Assembly (NCBI GenBank): GCA_040767605.1 | Contig: JAXGOI010000001.1 | Coordinates: 1,538,638 to 1,602,637 of the forward strand | DNA length: 64,000 nucleotides | DNA from: Clostridiales bacterium | Lineage (GTDB): Bacteria; Bacillota; Dehalobacteriia; UBA4068 | Direction of reading: 5' to 3' | Part shown: piece after piece, positions 18,663 to 28,645 of the stretch | How positions within the stretch are numbered: the first letter of the stretch is position 1 | Layout of the letters: every line of letters begins with the position of its first letter | Notes under the pieces: generated by a model | Told to the model about the DNA's origin: nothing | Databases searched by the model: none | What the model saw: only the letters and a program-made list of their open reading frames with translations | Program-made: the position numbers and the translations under genes

Positions 18663-20021
18663 TTGCTTGTGGATATTAAAAACCTGGAAAATAAAAAAAT
18701 TCTGGTGGCGGGGGCCGGTCTCAGCGGCCTTGCCGTCTGCCGCTTTTTATTAAAGAAAAAGGCCATAATAACTCTGGCCGATGCCAAAACTAAAGAGGAT
18801 TTACCCGAGGCCCTTGCTTTGGCTAAAGAGGGGGTTTTTTTGCTTTTGGGCGGCGCCCTGCCGGATAAACTCTCTTGGGATTTAATTATTAAAAGCCCCG
18901 GAGTTCCTGGGGAAACCCTTTTACTTAAAATGGCAAAAGAGGCTAAAATACCTATTATAGGCGAGGTTGAGCTGGCCTTTGCCTATGCCGAGGCCCCTTT
19001 TATCGCCATTACCGGCACAAATGGCAAAACAACCACTACGGCCTTAATCGGGCATATTTTTAAAAACGCAAAAAGAGAGGCTTTAATCGGCGGGAATATC
19101 GGCAAACCCCTTGCGGATGCCGTTGAAGGCTATAAGGGAATAATTATTGCGGAGGTTTCCAGCTTTCAGCTGGAGGATTGCGTGAGCTTTGCTCCCAGGG
19201 CGGGGGTATTTTTAAACTTTACCCCGGACCACTTAGACCGCCATATTACCCTTGAAAACTACTTTGAGGCAAAGGCAAAAATATTTGCCTGCCAAAATAA
19301 AGAGGATTATGCCGTTTTAAATTATGATGACCCCTCTGTGGCAGGGCTAAAAGAGAGAATAAAGAGTAAAATTATTTGGTTCAGCCGCCGGGAAATTTTA
19401 AAACAAGGTATATTTTGCCGGGATAATCAAATAGTTATAGCTTTAGATGGAAAGATAATTTCTTTAATGCCTGTTGAGGATTTGCCCTTAAAAGGCGGAC
19501 ATAACCTGGAAAACGCTTTGGCAGCTGTTGGGGCGGCTTATGCCTTTGGCTTAGAGGCGGATCTTATTGCTCAAGGCTTAAAAAGTTTTAAAGGGGTTGC
19601 CCACCGTTTGGAATTTGTTATTCAAAAAAACGGGGTAAAATATATTAATGATTCCAAGGCTACAAATGCCGATTCCGCCATTAAGGCTTTAGAAGCCTTT
19701 AGCGGGCCGATAATCTTAATTGCCGGGGGAAGAAATAAAGGGGGAGATTTTACCCGGCTTATGGAAGAAATAAAAAAGCGGGTTAAGCTTTTGATAATTT
19801 TAGGCGAGGCCAAAGAAGAGATAAAAAATGCCGCGGATAAAGCCGGTTTTAAAAAATATATTTTGGCGGATTCCTTTATTGAGGCTGTAAGGGAAGGGGA
19901 AAAGGCGGCGGCGCCCGGGGATATACTGCTCCTTGCTCCGGCCTGCGCCAGTTGGGATATGTTTAAAAATTATGAGGAAAGAGGAAACCTTTTTAAAGCT
20001 TTAGTAACCGAAGGCCGGTAG
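18663..20021 (+). CDS. murD: UDP-N-acetylmuramoylalanine--D-glutamate ligase
   Basis: ITGTNGKTTTT; position after mraY. TTG start after AAGGAGAA. Confidence 0.9.
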   Translation: MLVDIKNLENKKILVAGAGLSGLAVCRFLLKKKAIITLADAKTKEDLPEALALAKEGVFLLLGGALPDKLSWDLIIKSPGVPGETLLLKMAKEAKIPIIGEVELAFAYAEAPFIAITGTNGKTTTTALIGHIFKNAKREALIGGNIGKPLADAVEGYKGIIIAEVSSFQLEDCVSFAPRAGVFLNFTPDHLDRHITLENYFEAKAKIFACQNKEDYAVLNYDDPSVAGLKERIKSKIIWFSRREILKQGIFCRDNQIVIALDGKIISLMPVEDLPLKGGHNLENALAAVGAAYAFGLEADLIAQGLKSFKGVAHRLEFVIQKNGVKYINDSKATNADSAIKALEAFSGPIILIAGGRNKGGDFTRLMEEIKKRVKLLIILGEAKEEIKNAADKAGFKKYILADSFIEAVREGEKAAAPGDILLLAPACASWDMFKNYEERGNLFKALVTEGR

Positions 20022-20056
20022 AAAGAATAATTGGGTATAGGGCAGGAGGTAAAGCC

Positions 20057-21178
20057 TTGAAATCAGCGGCTAAAAATAAATTAAAATCTCCCGATTGGTG
20101 GATACTCTTTTCCGCCATGGTTTTAGTCTGCATAGGGATAATTATGGTTTTCAGCGCGAGCCAGTATTTTACCCAGTATAAACCATATGAGGATATTTAT
20201 TATTATTTAAAAAAGCAATTGCAAAATGCCGCCCTCGGCCTGCTTGCCATGTATATAATGTATCGGATTAATTACCGTATTTATAAAGCGGCGGCCTGGT
20301 ATATCTTTTTTGCCGTATGCGGCATATTAATTCTTTTACTCCTCGGTTCAGGGGCTCAGGAGGCTAAAGGCGCAGTGCGCTGGATTGATTTAGGCTTTAC
20401 AACCTTTCAGCCTTCAGAATTGGCAAAGCTGGCACTGGTTATGCTTTTGGCAAAGTTTTTAACCGAAAGGCAAAGAAAAATAAGCGGTTTTAAGCAAGGC
20501 TTTTTACCGCCTTTAATTTTAATTGGCATAACCTGTATTTTAGTATATTTGCAAAACGATTTAAGCACATCGGTAATTATAGCCGGCACAGCCTTTATAA
20601 TGATGTTTTGCGCCGGCGTGCGGCTGCCTTATCTTATAGGTACGGTAGCTTTGGGGGGCGGGGCCGTAGCCTCTTCCATATTATTTACCGATTTTAGAAT
20701 GGACCGCATTACGGCGTATTTAGACCCCTGGGCAGACCCTTTGGGGAGCGGCTTTCAAACAATACAATCCCTTTTGGCTATTGGCAGCGGCGGCCTTTCC
20801 GGGGTGGGTTTAGGGGCAGGGGGAGCCAAATGGTATTATTTGCCCGAAAGGCATACGGATTTTATTTTCTCTGTTTTAGCGGAGGAATTAGGTTTTTTAG
20901 GCGGCCTTTTAGTTATTTCCCTTTTTATTGTGCTTATTTGGCGGGGTTTAATGGTTGCCGTTAATGCTCCGGATCTTTTCGGTTCCCTGCTGGCCTTAGG
21001 GTTAATTTCCATGCTCGGTCTTCAGGCTTTTATAAATTTAGGGGTTGTAACCGGTCTTTTGCCGGTAACCGGCATAACTTTGCCCTTTGTAAGCTATGGG
21101 GGCACCTCTTTACTGGTTTCCATGGCCTCAACGGGGATTTTATTAAATATTTCAAGGTATGCGGAGATTAAAAGATGA
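20057..21178 (+). CDS. ftsW: SEDS-family peptidoglycan glycosyltransferase (FtsW/SpoVE)
   Basis: 10-TM SEDS protein with FQPSELAK and PERHTDFIF motifs. TTG start 6 nt after AGGAGGT. Confidence 0.9.
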   Translation: MKSAAKNKLKSPDWWILFSAMVLVCIGIIMVFSASQYFTQYKPYEDIYYYLKKQLQNAALGLLAMYIMYRINYRIYKAAAWYIFFAVCGILILLLLGSGAQEAKGAVRWIDLGFTTFQPSELAKLALVMLLAKFLTERQRKISGFKQGFLPPLILIGITCILVYLQNDLSTSVIIAGTAFIMMFCAGVRLPYLIGTVALGGGAVASSILFTDFRMDRITAYLDPWADPLGSGFQTIQSLLAIGSGGLSGVGLGAGGAKWYYLPERHTDFIFSVLAEELGFLGGLLVISLFIVLIWRGLMVAVNAPDLFGSLLALGLISMLGLQAFINLGVVTGLLPVTGITLPFVSYGGTSLLVSMASTGILLNISRYAEIKR

Positions 21179-22314
21179 AAAATAATACCCGGATAAGGGA
21201 AGAAAAAAATTCCAGCCTCAGGGTAGTTATAAGCGGCGGCGGCACCGGCGGGCATATATACCCGGCCCTGGCTATTGCCCAGGGCTTAAAAGAGGCTGCG
21301 GGAGCGGATATTTTATACATGGGCTGCCCTTCATCTATGGAGAGCCGTTTGGCGGCTCAGGCAGGGCTAAAATTTGCCCCTGTCGAAGCCCGGGCCCTCC
21401 GGGGTAAATCCCTTAAAACCCTTATGGCTCTGGCAAGTAATTGGCGGGGGGCAGGCCAGGCCAAAAAGCTTTTAAAGGCCTATAAGCCGCATTTAATTAT
21501 AGGTACCGGGGGTTATGGGGCGGCCCCTGTGCTTTTTGCCGGAGGGGGCTTAGGCATACCTATAATTATTCATGAGCAAAACGCTTACCCGGGGCTTGCC
21601 AACCGTTTTTTAAGCCGCTATGCGGATTTGGTTTTACTTACATTTGCAGACGCCAAAGAGTATTTCCCTAAAAAAACAAAATTTGCTTTAACGGGCTTGC
21701 CGGTGCGCAAAAGCATTATGGAGGCCGATAAAAGCCAGGCTCTGGAAAAATTAGGCCTTAGCCCCTTAAAGCCTGTACTTTTGGCGGCAGGGGGCAGCCA
21801 GGGTTCTAAAAGCATTAACTCTGCGGTAGTCGGGGCTTTGCCCGGGCTTTTAGAAGCGGGGCTGCAAATAATTCTTGTCTGCGGAGAAAAAAACTATACT
21901 CAAATTAATAAAGACCTTAAAGATAAGGGAATACTTGACCAAAATGGGATTGTTCTGGTATCATATTCTGATGATATGGAAATTCTTCTGGCAGCGGCGG
22001 ATTTGGCCCTGGCAAGAGCAGGGGCATCCTTTATTGCCGAGCTTTTAATAAGGGGGCTGCCCGCCATATTGATTCCTTATCCCTTTGCGGCGGCAAATCA
22101 TCAGGAATTAAATGCCCAAAGCCTTGAAAGGGCCGGGGCTGCCATATTAATTAAAGATAATGAATTATCCCCCCAGACTTTAATTAAGGCGGTTTTGCCT
22201 CTTATTGAAGACAGAAAAAGCCTTGCGAAAATGGCGGCTTGTTCCGCCGGCCTTGCAAAACCGAAGGCCTTGGAGGATATTATCAGCCTGGCTTTAGAGC
22301 TTGCCGGCAGATAA
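21175..22314 (+). CDS. murG: UDP-N-acetylglucosamine--N-acetylmuramyl-(pentapeptide) pyrophosphoryl-undecaprenol GlcNAc transferase
   Basis: GGGTGGHIYPALA N-terminal motif. ATGA overlap with the ftsW stop. Confidence 0.95.
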   Translation: MKNNTRIREEKNSSLRVVISGGGTGGHIYPALAIAQGLKEAAGADILYMGCPSSMESRLAAQAGLKFAPVEARALRGKSLKTLMALASNWRGAGQAKKLLKAYKPHLIIGTGGYGAAPVLFAGGGLGIPIIIHEQNAYPGLANRFLSRYADLVLLTFADAKEYFPKKTKFALTGLPVRKSIMEADKSQALEKLGLSPLKPVLLAAGGSQGSKSINSAVVGALPGLLEAGLQIILVCGEKNYTQINKDLKDKGILDQNGIVLVSYSDDMEILLAAADLALARAGASFIAELLIRGLPAILIPYPFAAANHQELNAQSLERAGAAILIKDNELSPQTLIKAVLPLIEDRKSLAKMAACSAGLAKPKALEDIISLALELAGR

Positions 22315-22357
22315 TAAGCCGCGGAAAAAAGGGAAACAAAATTTAAGGAGATAAAAA

Positions 22358-23719
22358 ATGACAGGGCGTAAGCTGCATTTTATTGGTATAGGCGGCATAG
22401 GCATGAGCGGTATTGCCAAAATTATGTTAAATATGGGGTATAATATAAGCGGATCCGACTTAAACAGCTCTGCTCTTACCCAATATTTACAAAGTAAAGG
22501 GGCGGAAATTTTTACAGGCCATAATAAAGAAAATATCTCCCCGGATATTGACGCTATTGTTTATTCCTCGGCAATTAAGGAGGATAACCCCGAGCTGGCC
22601 TGCGGCAGGGAAATGGGCATACCCATTTATAAGCGGGCCGAAATGCTGGCTTTTTTAATGAGCCTTAAAGAAAGTATCGGGGTGGCCGGGGCCCACGGCA
22701 AAACCACCGCCAGCGGTATGATTGGGCTGATGCTGGAAAAATGCGGCCTGGACCCGACAATTATTATCGGCGGTACTTTGCCTCAAATAGGCAGTAATGC
22801 CAAAAGCGGCAAGGGCCGTTATATGGTGGCGGAGGCTGATGAAAGCGACGGAACTTTTTTGCTTTTAAAACCCAAAATTGCCATTGTTACAAATATAGAA
22901 ACCGACCATTTAGACCATTATGAATGCTTAAATAATATAGTTTTGGCTTTTAAAAAGTATTTAAGCCAGGTGCCCCAGGACGGCCTGGCAATAGTGGGTA
23001 TAGATTGCCCCCTTACAATGGAAATTTTAAATGAAGCGGAGGGTAAATATATTACCTATGGCCTTAATGGCGGGGATTACCAGGGCAAAGGTATTTATCA
23101 TAGCGATTTTGGGGTTTCGGGCCAGGTATGGGAAAGAGGGAATTATCTCGGGGATTTAAACCTTAAAGTTCCCGGTAAGCATAATTTTAACAATGCCCTT
23201 GCGGCAATTGCCTTAGGCAGACATTTGGGGCTTTGTTTTGAAGTTATAGCCCAGGGCCTGGAGGCATTTACCGGCACCGGAAGGCGCTATGAATTATTAG
23301 GAGAGGTAGACGGCATAAAAGTAATTGACGATTATGCCCATCACCCTACGGAAATCCGGGCCACAATTGAGGCAACCCGGGCCATGGGGGCTTCAAGAAT
23401 TATCAGTGTTTTTCAGCCTCACCGGTATAGCCGGACTATGGTTTTATTCCGCGAATTCGCAGAAACTCTGGCCTTAAGCGATGTAATAATAATTAATGAA
23501 ATATACGGAGCTTTTGAAAAGCCTATCCCCGGTATTACCTCCCATTTGATAGAAGGGGAAATTGCCGCCGCCGGCCATAAGGCGGTGCAATATGCCGCCA
23601 CTTTAGACGATACCCTGGAGCTCCTGAGATGCAATGCAAAAAGCGGAGATGTGGTTTTAATTATGGGGGCGGGGAATATTCGCAGCGTCGGCCAGCGCTT
23701 TATAGCGGAAAGAATTTAG
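22358..23719 (+). CDS. murC: UDP-N-acetylmuramate--L-alanine ligase
   Basis: HFIGIGGIGMSGIA and GAHGKTT motifs. Confidence 0.95.
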   Translation: MTGRKLHFIGIGGIGMSGIAKIMLNMGYNISGSDLNSSALTQYLQSKGAEIFTGHNKENISPDIDAIVYSSAIKEDNPELACGREMGIPIYKRAEMLAFLMSLKESIGVAGAHGKTTASGMIGLMLEKCGLDPTIIIGGTLPQIGSNAKSGKGRYMVAEADESDGTFLLLKPKIAIVTNIETDHLDHYECLNNIVLAFKKYLSQVPQDGLAIVGIDCPLTMEILNEAEGKYITYGLNGGDYQGKGIYHSDFGVSGQVWERGNYLGDLNLKVPGKHNFNNALAAIALGRHLGLCFEVIAQGLEAFTGTGRRYELLGEVDGIKVIDDYAHHPTEIRATIEATRAMGASRIISVFQPHRYSRTMVLFREFAETLALSDVIIINEIYGAFEKPIPGITSHLIEGEIAAAGHKAVQYAATLDDTLELLRCNAKSGDVVLIMGAGNIRSVGQRFIAERI

Positions 23720-23756
23720 AGTTTTAAGTAAAATAGTAAGGGGGCCTGTTGGGACA

Positions 23757-24662
23757 ATGAAAGCATGGCAGGATGAAATTCAAAAACTGGTGGAAAAACC
23801 CATTTTATTTAATGAGCCCATGTCTAAACATACTACCTGGAGGGTAGGGGGGCCGGCCGATGTTTATATCCGCCCAACAAAAAAAGAGGAAATTTCCGCC
23901 TTATTGAGTTTTATCCATAAAGAAAATTTGCCCTTTATTGTAATAGGCCACGGCTCAAATCTTCTGGTGGGAGATAAGGGTATAAGGGGAATCGTTATAA
24001 GAATGGGCAGCGGCTATTCCCGGAGGATTTGGCGGGAAGAAGGGGTAGAGGCACAGGCCGGGGCCATGCTGCCAACTTTGGCTATAGAAGCCGCGGAGCG
24101 CTCCTTTGGCGGTATGGAATTTGCCGGCGGTATCCCGGGCAGCATCGGAGGGGCAATCCGTATGAATGCCGGAGCCTACGGCCACACTATCGGCGAATAT
24201 GTAACAAAAGTGGAGGCTTTTGAATACAATGGCAGCATAAAAACAATTACAGCCGGGGGGTTGTCTTTTGCTTATAGGGAAAGCAGTCTTTCTGCTTTGG
24301 ATTTAATTGTCTCCTCTGTTACCCTGAGGCTTGAAAAAGGCAACAGGGAAGAAAGCCTGGAAAAAATCCAGGAATTGCTGCGGGTAAGAAGCCTTAAGCA
24401 ACCCTTGGAATTCCCCTCCTGCGGCAGCGTTTTTCGCAATCCTCTCCATGACCATGCCGGCCGTCTTATAGAAAGAGCAGGGCTGAGAGGCTTGCAAATA
24501 GGCGGCGCTGCGGTATCTAAAAAGCATGGCAATTTTATAATTAATCTGGGGGGGGCCCGGGCTGAGGATATACGCCAATTAATTGCCGAGGTGGCCCGCA
24601 GGGTGGAGGAAAGCTCCGGCATGCGCCTGGAAACCGAGGTAAAATTTATTGGCGAGTTTTAA
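23757..24662 (+). CDS. murB: UDP-N-acetylenolpyruvoylglucosamine reductase
   Basis: FAD-binding PCMH domain (WRVGGPAD, GHGSNLLV) and C-terminal SCGSVFRNP motif. Confidence 0.95.
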   Translation: MKAWQDEIQKLVEKPILFNEPMSKHTTWRVGGPADVYIRPTKKEEISALLSFIHKENLPFIVIGHGSNLLVGDKGIRGIVIRMGSGYSRRIWREEGVEAQAGAMLPTLAIEAAERSFGGMEFAGGIPGSIGGAIRMNAGAYGHTIGEYVTKVEAFEYNGSIKTITAGGLSFAYRESSLSALDLIVSSVTLRLEKGNREESLEKIQELLRVRSLKQPLEFPSCGSVFRNPLHDHAGRLIERAGLRGLQIGGAAVSKKHGNFIINLGGARAEDIRQLIAEVARRVEESSGMRLETEVKFIGEF

Positions 24663-24722
24663 GGAGATTTAAATCAATAAGCAAAGGATAATAGGCTGAA
24701 TAGAACTATAGCGGGGTGTGGC

Positions 24723-26021
24723 ATGGAAAGATTTGTTGTCAAGGGAGGTGCCCCTCTTAAGGGAGATTTAGCTATTAATGGCGCAAAAAATGCCATTTTG
24801 CCTATTTTAGCTGCCAGCTTGCTTTGTGAGGGGGAATGTGTATTGGAACAAGTTCCCCAATTGGAAGATGTATTTGTAATGTGTGAGGTGCTGCGCCATT
24901 TTGGGGTCCGTGTTAAGCGGGAAGGCAGCACCCTTATTGTTTGGGCCCCCACAATTGAAAAAATTCAGCCGCCGGAGCACTTAATTAAAAAAATGCGGGC
25001 CTCTAATTTAATATTAGGCTCGGTGCTTTGCCGGAATAAAGAGGTTAATTTGCCCTTTCCGGGGGGCTGCGCCATAGGCTCACGCCCCATGAATTATCAT
25101 CTTATGGCTTTAGGCAGCCTGGGGGTGGAGCTTAAAGACAGGGGAGCCTATATAGAGGCCAAAGCTCAAAAGCTTAAAGGCGCCGATATTTGCCTGGATT
25201 TCCCCAGTGTGGGGGCAACAGAAAACGCAATTATGGCGGCGGTTAAAGCGGAGGGCATAACAACTATCCGCAATGCCGCCAGAGAGCCTGAAATCGGAGA
25301 TTTAACCCGGTTTTTAAATAAAATGGGAGCCAAAATAAAGGGGGCGGGCACAGGGCTTATTACCATAGAGGGGGTTAATACTCTCCATGGGGTTCATCAT
25401 CAGATAATGAAAGACAGAATAGAGGCCGGCACTATGATGATAGCCGCGGTTATCAGCGGGGGGGATGTTTTTCTCAGAGGTGTAAACAGCCAGGAAACTG
25501 CCGCCGTAGCCTCCAAGCTTCAGCTGGCCGGGGCGGAAATTATACCGGAAAAAGGCGGCCTCAGGGTTAAATGCCGCCGCCCCATAATGGCAACGGATAT
25601 GCGTACCATGCCTTATCCCGGCTTCCCTACAGATATGCAGCCTCAATTTATGGCTTTAATGGCTAAAGCAAAGGGCACCTCCGTAATTACGGAAACTATT
25701 TTTGAAAACCGCTTTCGCCATGCCGATGAAATGCGCCGGATGAATGCGGATATTAAAATTTTTGGGGATACGGCGGTTATCTGGGGCAGGGAGAATATTT
25801 ACGGCGCCAATGTTGAGGCGACGGATCTCAGAGCCGGGGCGGCCTTGGTTCTTTTAGCCTTGGCGGCGGAGGGCATAACTCAAATTGATAATATCCATTA
25901 TATTGACAGAGGATATCAATCTTTAGAGCATTCCCTGAATAGTTTAGGGGGAAATATCCGCAGAGAAGTTATGCTAAAAGATGAAAAACTGCTGGTTAAA
26001 GGTGAATTATGCCCCTGTTAA
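24723..26021 (+). CDS. murA: UDP-N-acetylglucosamine 1-carboxyvinyltransferase
   Basis: INGAKNAILPILAASLL and the active-site loop GGCAIGSRP. At 432 aa it carries a short extra C-terminal tail (KDEKLLVKGELCPC). Confidence 0.95.
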   Translation: MERFVVKGGAPLKGDLAINGAKNAILPILAASLLCEGECVLEQVPQLEDVFVMCEVLRHFGVRVKREGSTLIVWAPTIEKIQPPEHLIKKMRASNLILGSVLCRNKEVNLPFPGGCAIGSRPMNYHLMALGSLGVELKDRGAYIEAKAQKLKGADICLDFPSVGATENAIMAAVKAEGITTIRNAAREPEIGDLTRFLNKMGAKIKGAGTGLITIEGVNTLHGVHHQIMKDRIEAGTMMIAAVISGGDVFLRGVNSQETAAVASKLQLAGAEIIPEKGGLRVKCRRPIMATDMRTMPYPGFPTDMQPQFMALMAKAKGTSVITETIFENRFRHADEMRRMNADIKIFGDTAVIWGRENIYGANVEATDLRAGAALVLLALAAEGITQIDNIHYIDRGYQSLEHSLNSLGGNIRREVMLKDEKLLVKGELCPC

Positions 26022-26179
26022 GGAATAAGGCGGCCTAAGGGCTGCTTTTTTAGTTAATAAGGACAAGCTCGCGATTTTTTGAATAATTTAGGCCGATAGA
26101 GGGCATAAAAACTGCATAAAGCCCGGGATATCCCTAGGGCCTGGGCTTTAGAATTTTTAAATAAGACAATATTCGCCGT

Positions 26180-26268
26180 CGCAATTTTTTGCCCGATTTG
26201 GTATAATTATTTAATTAAAAGCAAACGCAATTTTTTGCCTGATTTAAGATAATTATTTAATTAAAAGC
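26180..26268 (+). repeat. Two tandem 43-nt promoter-like modules upstream of ftsQ
   Basis: CGCAATTTTTTGCCCGATTTGGTATAATTATTTAATTAAAAGC (26180-26222) and CGCAATTTTTTGCCTGATTTAAGATAATTATTTAATTAAAAGC (26226-26268); 39/43 identical, 46-nt period. Copy 1 has an extended -10 (TGgTATAAT); copy 2 has GATAAT. Confidence 0.85.
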
Positions 26269-26286
26269 GAAACTAAGGAGTATTTT

Positions 26287-27069
26287 ATGGCGGCCCTTGC
26301 CAGAAAACAGGTAACCAATATAAATGAATACCGGGCTAAAAAGAGAAAGAGGGGTAATATACGCTGGGTGTTTGCCATAATCTTTCTTTTGGCCTGTGCT
26401 TTTGGGGGCTATTTTTTCTCTTTATCCCCCTTTTTTATGCTGGAGGGCATTTATGTAAAAGGCAATGAAGAAGTAAGCACAGAAAAGATAATCGGCCTTT
26501 CCGGCCTGGAGCCGGGAATGAATATTTTTTCCGTAAACAGTGCAAAAGTATTAAATTATCTTTATATTGACCCTAAAATAAAAAGCGCGAGGCTGGTAAA
26601 AAAATACCCCTCCGCCATTGAATTAACCATAGAAGAGAGAGAGGCCGCGGTTATTTTGCCGACAGGCAGGGGTTTTGCCTTTGTCTCTGATGACGGTATT
26701 GTTGTTTACCGCCAGCGGGAGGTATCTTCATTGCCCTTGCCGGTGCTTTTAGGTGTCGGGGGCTTTCCTCAGGGTATAGTTCCGGGGGGCAGAATAATAT
26801 CCCCTCAGTTAGAGGCGGGTTTAAACATTGTTGCCCAGTTTCCGGAAAATGCCGCTGTTATTTTGGCGGAAATAGATGTGGGGGATATTCAAAATATTTT
26901 AGCCTATACAGCAGGCGGGGTGGAAATTCGCCTGGGGGATCAGGAAAACTTCGCGGCTAAATATGCTTTGCTTTTAAAAATTTTAGAAGAACTTTCTAAA
27001 AATGCAAAATTAGACAGCGCTTCCTATATAGATATAGGCATTCCGGAAAAACCTGTCATTTACTATTGA
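26287..27069 (+). CDS. ftsQ: Cell division protein FtsQ/DivIB (POTRA domain)
   Basis: Basic N-terminus, one TM, POTRA-like IYVKGNEEVSTEKIIGLSGL. Lies between the mur genes and ftsZ. Confidence 0.8.
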   Translation: MAALARKQVTNINEYRAKKRKRGNIRWVFAIIFLLACAFGGYFFSLSPFFMLEGIYVKGNEEVSTEKIIGLSGLEPGMNIFSVNSAKVLNYLYIDPKIKSARLVKKYPSAIELTIEEREAAVILPTGRGFAFVSDDGIVVYRQREVSSLPLPVLLGVGGFPQGIVPGGRIISPQLEAGLNIVAQFPENAAVILAEIDVGDIQNILAYTAGGVEIRLGDQENFAAKYALLLKILEELSKNAKLDSASYIDIGIPEKPVIYY

Positions 27070-27288
27070 TTTTTAGAAACAAATGGGAATTGCTGGGATT
27101 ATTTAGGGTTAAATTTCCTAAAATGGGAAACTAAAACAAGAAGGGGATTGCTATTTTGCGTGGAAACCTAGTATAATATTAATTAGGTTTTTGCCCCATT
27201 AATTTAGTTTTTTAATTTAATTATTTGATTTGTTTGGGTTTACCCGTTTTATATTAGAGATTAAAGGTAATGATGAGGAGGACGAGGG

Positions 27289-28401
27289 ATGCTGCAATTT
27301 GATGATACATATTCCGCTCAATACGCAAAAATAAAAGTAATCGGGGTTGGCGGCGGCGGCAGTAACGCTGTTAACAGGATGATTAAAAATAGCTTAATTG
27401 GAGTAAATTTTGTTGCCGTAAATACCGATATCCAGGCCTTGGGCCATTCCGAAGCTGAAGAAACCCTTCAAATAGGGGTTAAGCTTACCAAAGGCTTAGG
27501 GGCCGGGAGCAATCCGGATATAGGCAAAAAAGCCGCCGAGGAAAGCCGGGATGAAATAGCCAAGGTTTTAAACGGCTCGGATATGGTTTTTATTACCGCG
27601 GGCATGGGGGGAGGCACCGGCACCGGGGCTGCTCCCATTGTTGCAGAGATTGCCCGGGAAATGGGGGCTTTAACAGTGGGGGTTGTTACCCGCCCCTTCA
27701 GCTTTGAGGGCCGGCGCAGAGCCCAGCAGGCGGAGCTTGGCATAAGTGAGCTTAAAGATAAGGTGGATACTCTGATTACCATCCCCAATGATAAGCTGCT
27801 GCAAATAGTAGATAAAAAAACAACTATGAATGATGCCTTCGCCATTGCGGACGATGTTTTAAGGCAGGGTGTTCAAGGTATATCAGATCTTATCTCTAAG
27901 CCCGCCATGATAAATCTAGATTTTGCCGATGTTAAAACCATTATGAAGGAAGCCGGCAGCGCCTGGATGGGCATAGGTATCGCCAGCGGGGAGAATAAAG
28001 CTTTAGAGGCGGCGGAGGCCGCCGTATCCAGCAGCCTGCTGGAAACCTCCATAAAAGGCGCCAAGGGTATTTTATTAAATATTACCGGCGGCCCCAATAT
28101 GAGCCTTATTGAAGCCAATGAAACTTCCAGATATATTTATGAAGCGGCGGATGATGATGCTTTGATTATCTTCGGCGTCGGCATAGATGAAAGCCTGGAG
28201 GACTCTTTGCGGGTTACGGTAATTGCCACTGGTTTTGACAGCCATTCTCTTACCCCGGCCTTTAATACCATGCATCAGAGGCCTTTAACCGAAGGAGCCA
28301 GAACAAAAACTTCAGAAAAATCTACAATAGAAAAGCCGGTAATCGGCCCCTTCTCCTTAGGGGAATTAGATTTACCAACATTTATGCGGCCCAAACCCTA
28401 A
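27289..28401 (+). CDS. ftsZ: Cell division GTPase FtsZ
   Basis: [27 protein letters not shown] tubulin signature, C-terminal conserved peptide LDLPTFMR. Confidence 0.98.
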   Translation: MLQFDDTYSAQYAKIKVIGVGGGGSNAVNRMIKNSLIGVNFVAVNTDIQALGHSEAEETLQIGVKLTKGLGAGSNPDIGKKAAEESRDEIAKVLNGSDMVFITAGMGGGTGTGAAPIVAEIAREMGALTVGVVTRPFSFEGRRRAQQAELGISELKDKVDTLITIPNDKLLQIVDKKTTMNDAFAIADDVLRQGVQGISDLISKPAMINLDFADVKTIMKEAGSAWMGIGIASGENKALEAAEAAVSSSLLETSIKGAKGILLNITGGPNMSLIEANETSRYIYEAADDDALIIFGVGIDESLEDSLRVTVIATGFDSHSLTPAFNTMHQRPLTEGARTKTSEKSTIEKPVIGPFSLGELDLPTFMRPKP

Positions 28402-28431
28402 ATAAAAAGTTAAGCCGGTTTTTAAATAGTA

Positions 28432-28462
28432 AAACCCCCAGTTTTTTCGGGGGTTTCTTTTT
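28432..28462 (+). terminator. Intrinsic terminator after ftsZ
   Basis: AAACCCCC...GGGGGTTT stem followed by CTTTTT. Confidence 0.75.
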
Positions 28463-28527
28463 GGGAAAGTCCTAAAAAAAACATATTAAATCAAGTTGGG
28501 ATACTTAATTTTACTTTTGGCAATTGT

Positions 28528-28556
28528 TTTACAAATTAAAAAATTTGTGCTATAAT
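28528..28556 (+). promoter_or_regulatory. Sigma-A-type promoter of codY with an embedded inverted repeat
   Basis: TTTACA (28528-28533), 17-nt spacer, TGcTATAAT (-10 at 28551-28556). The spacer contains ACAAATT-AAAA-AATTTGT (28531-28548). Confidence 0.6.
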
Positions 28557-28645
28557 AATCCTGCCAAACTTTGAATGTTTATAAACCGGATCTATATCTG
28601 AACATATAAATATTAGTTTTTATAATTTGAAACAGAGGTGGTTAT

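Noticed and set aside
26200-26262. Fur/PerR box in the ftsQ upstream repeats (GATAATTATTTAAT)
   Set aside because: Only one half-site matches the TGATAATNATTATCA consensus; the other half diverges at 4 of 7 positions.
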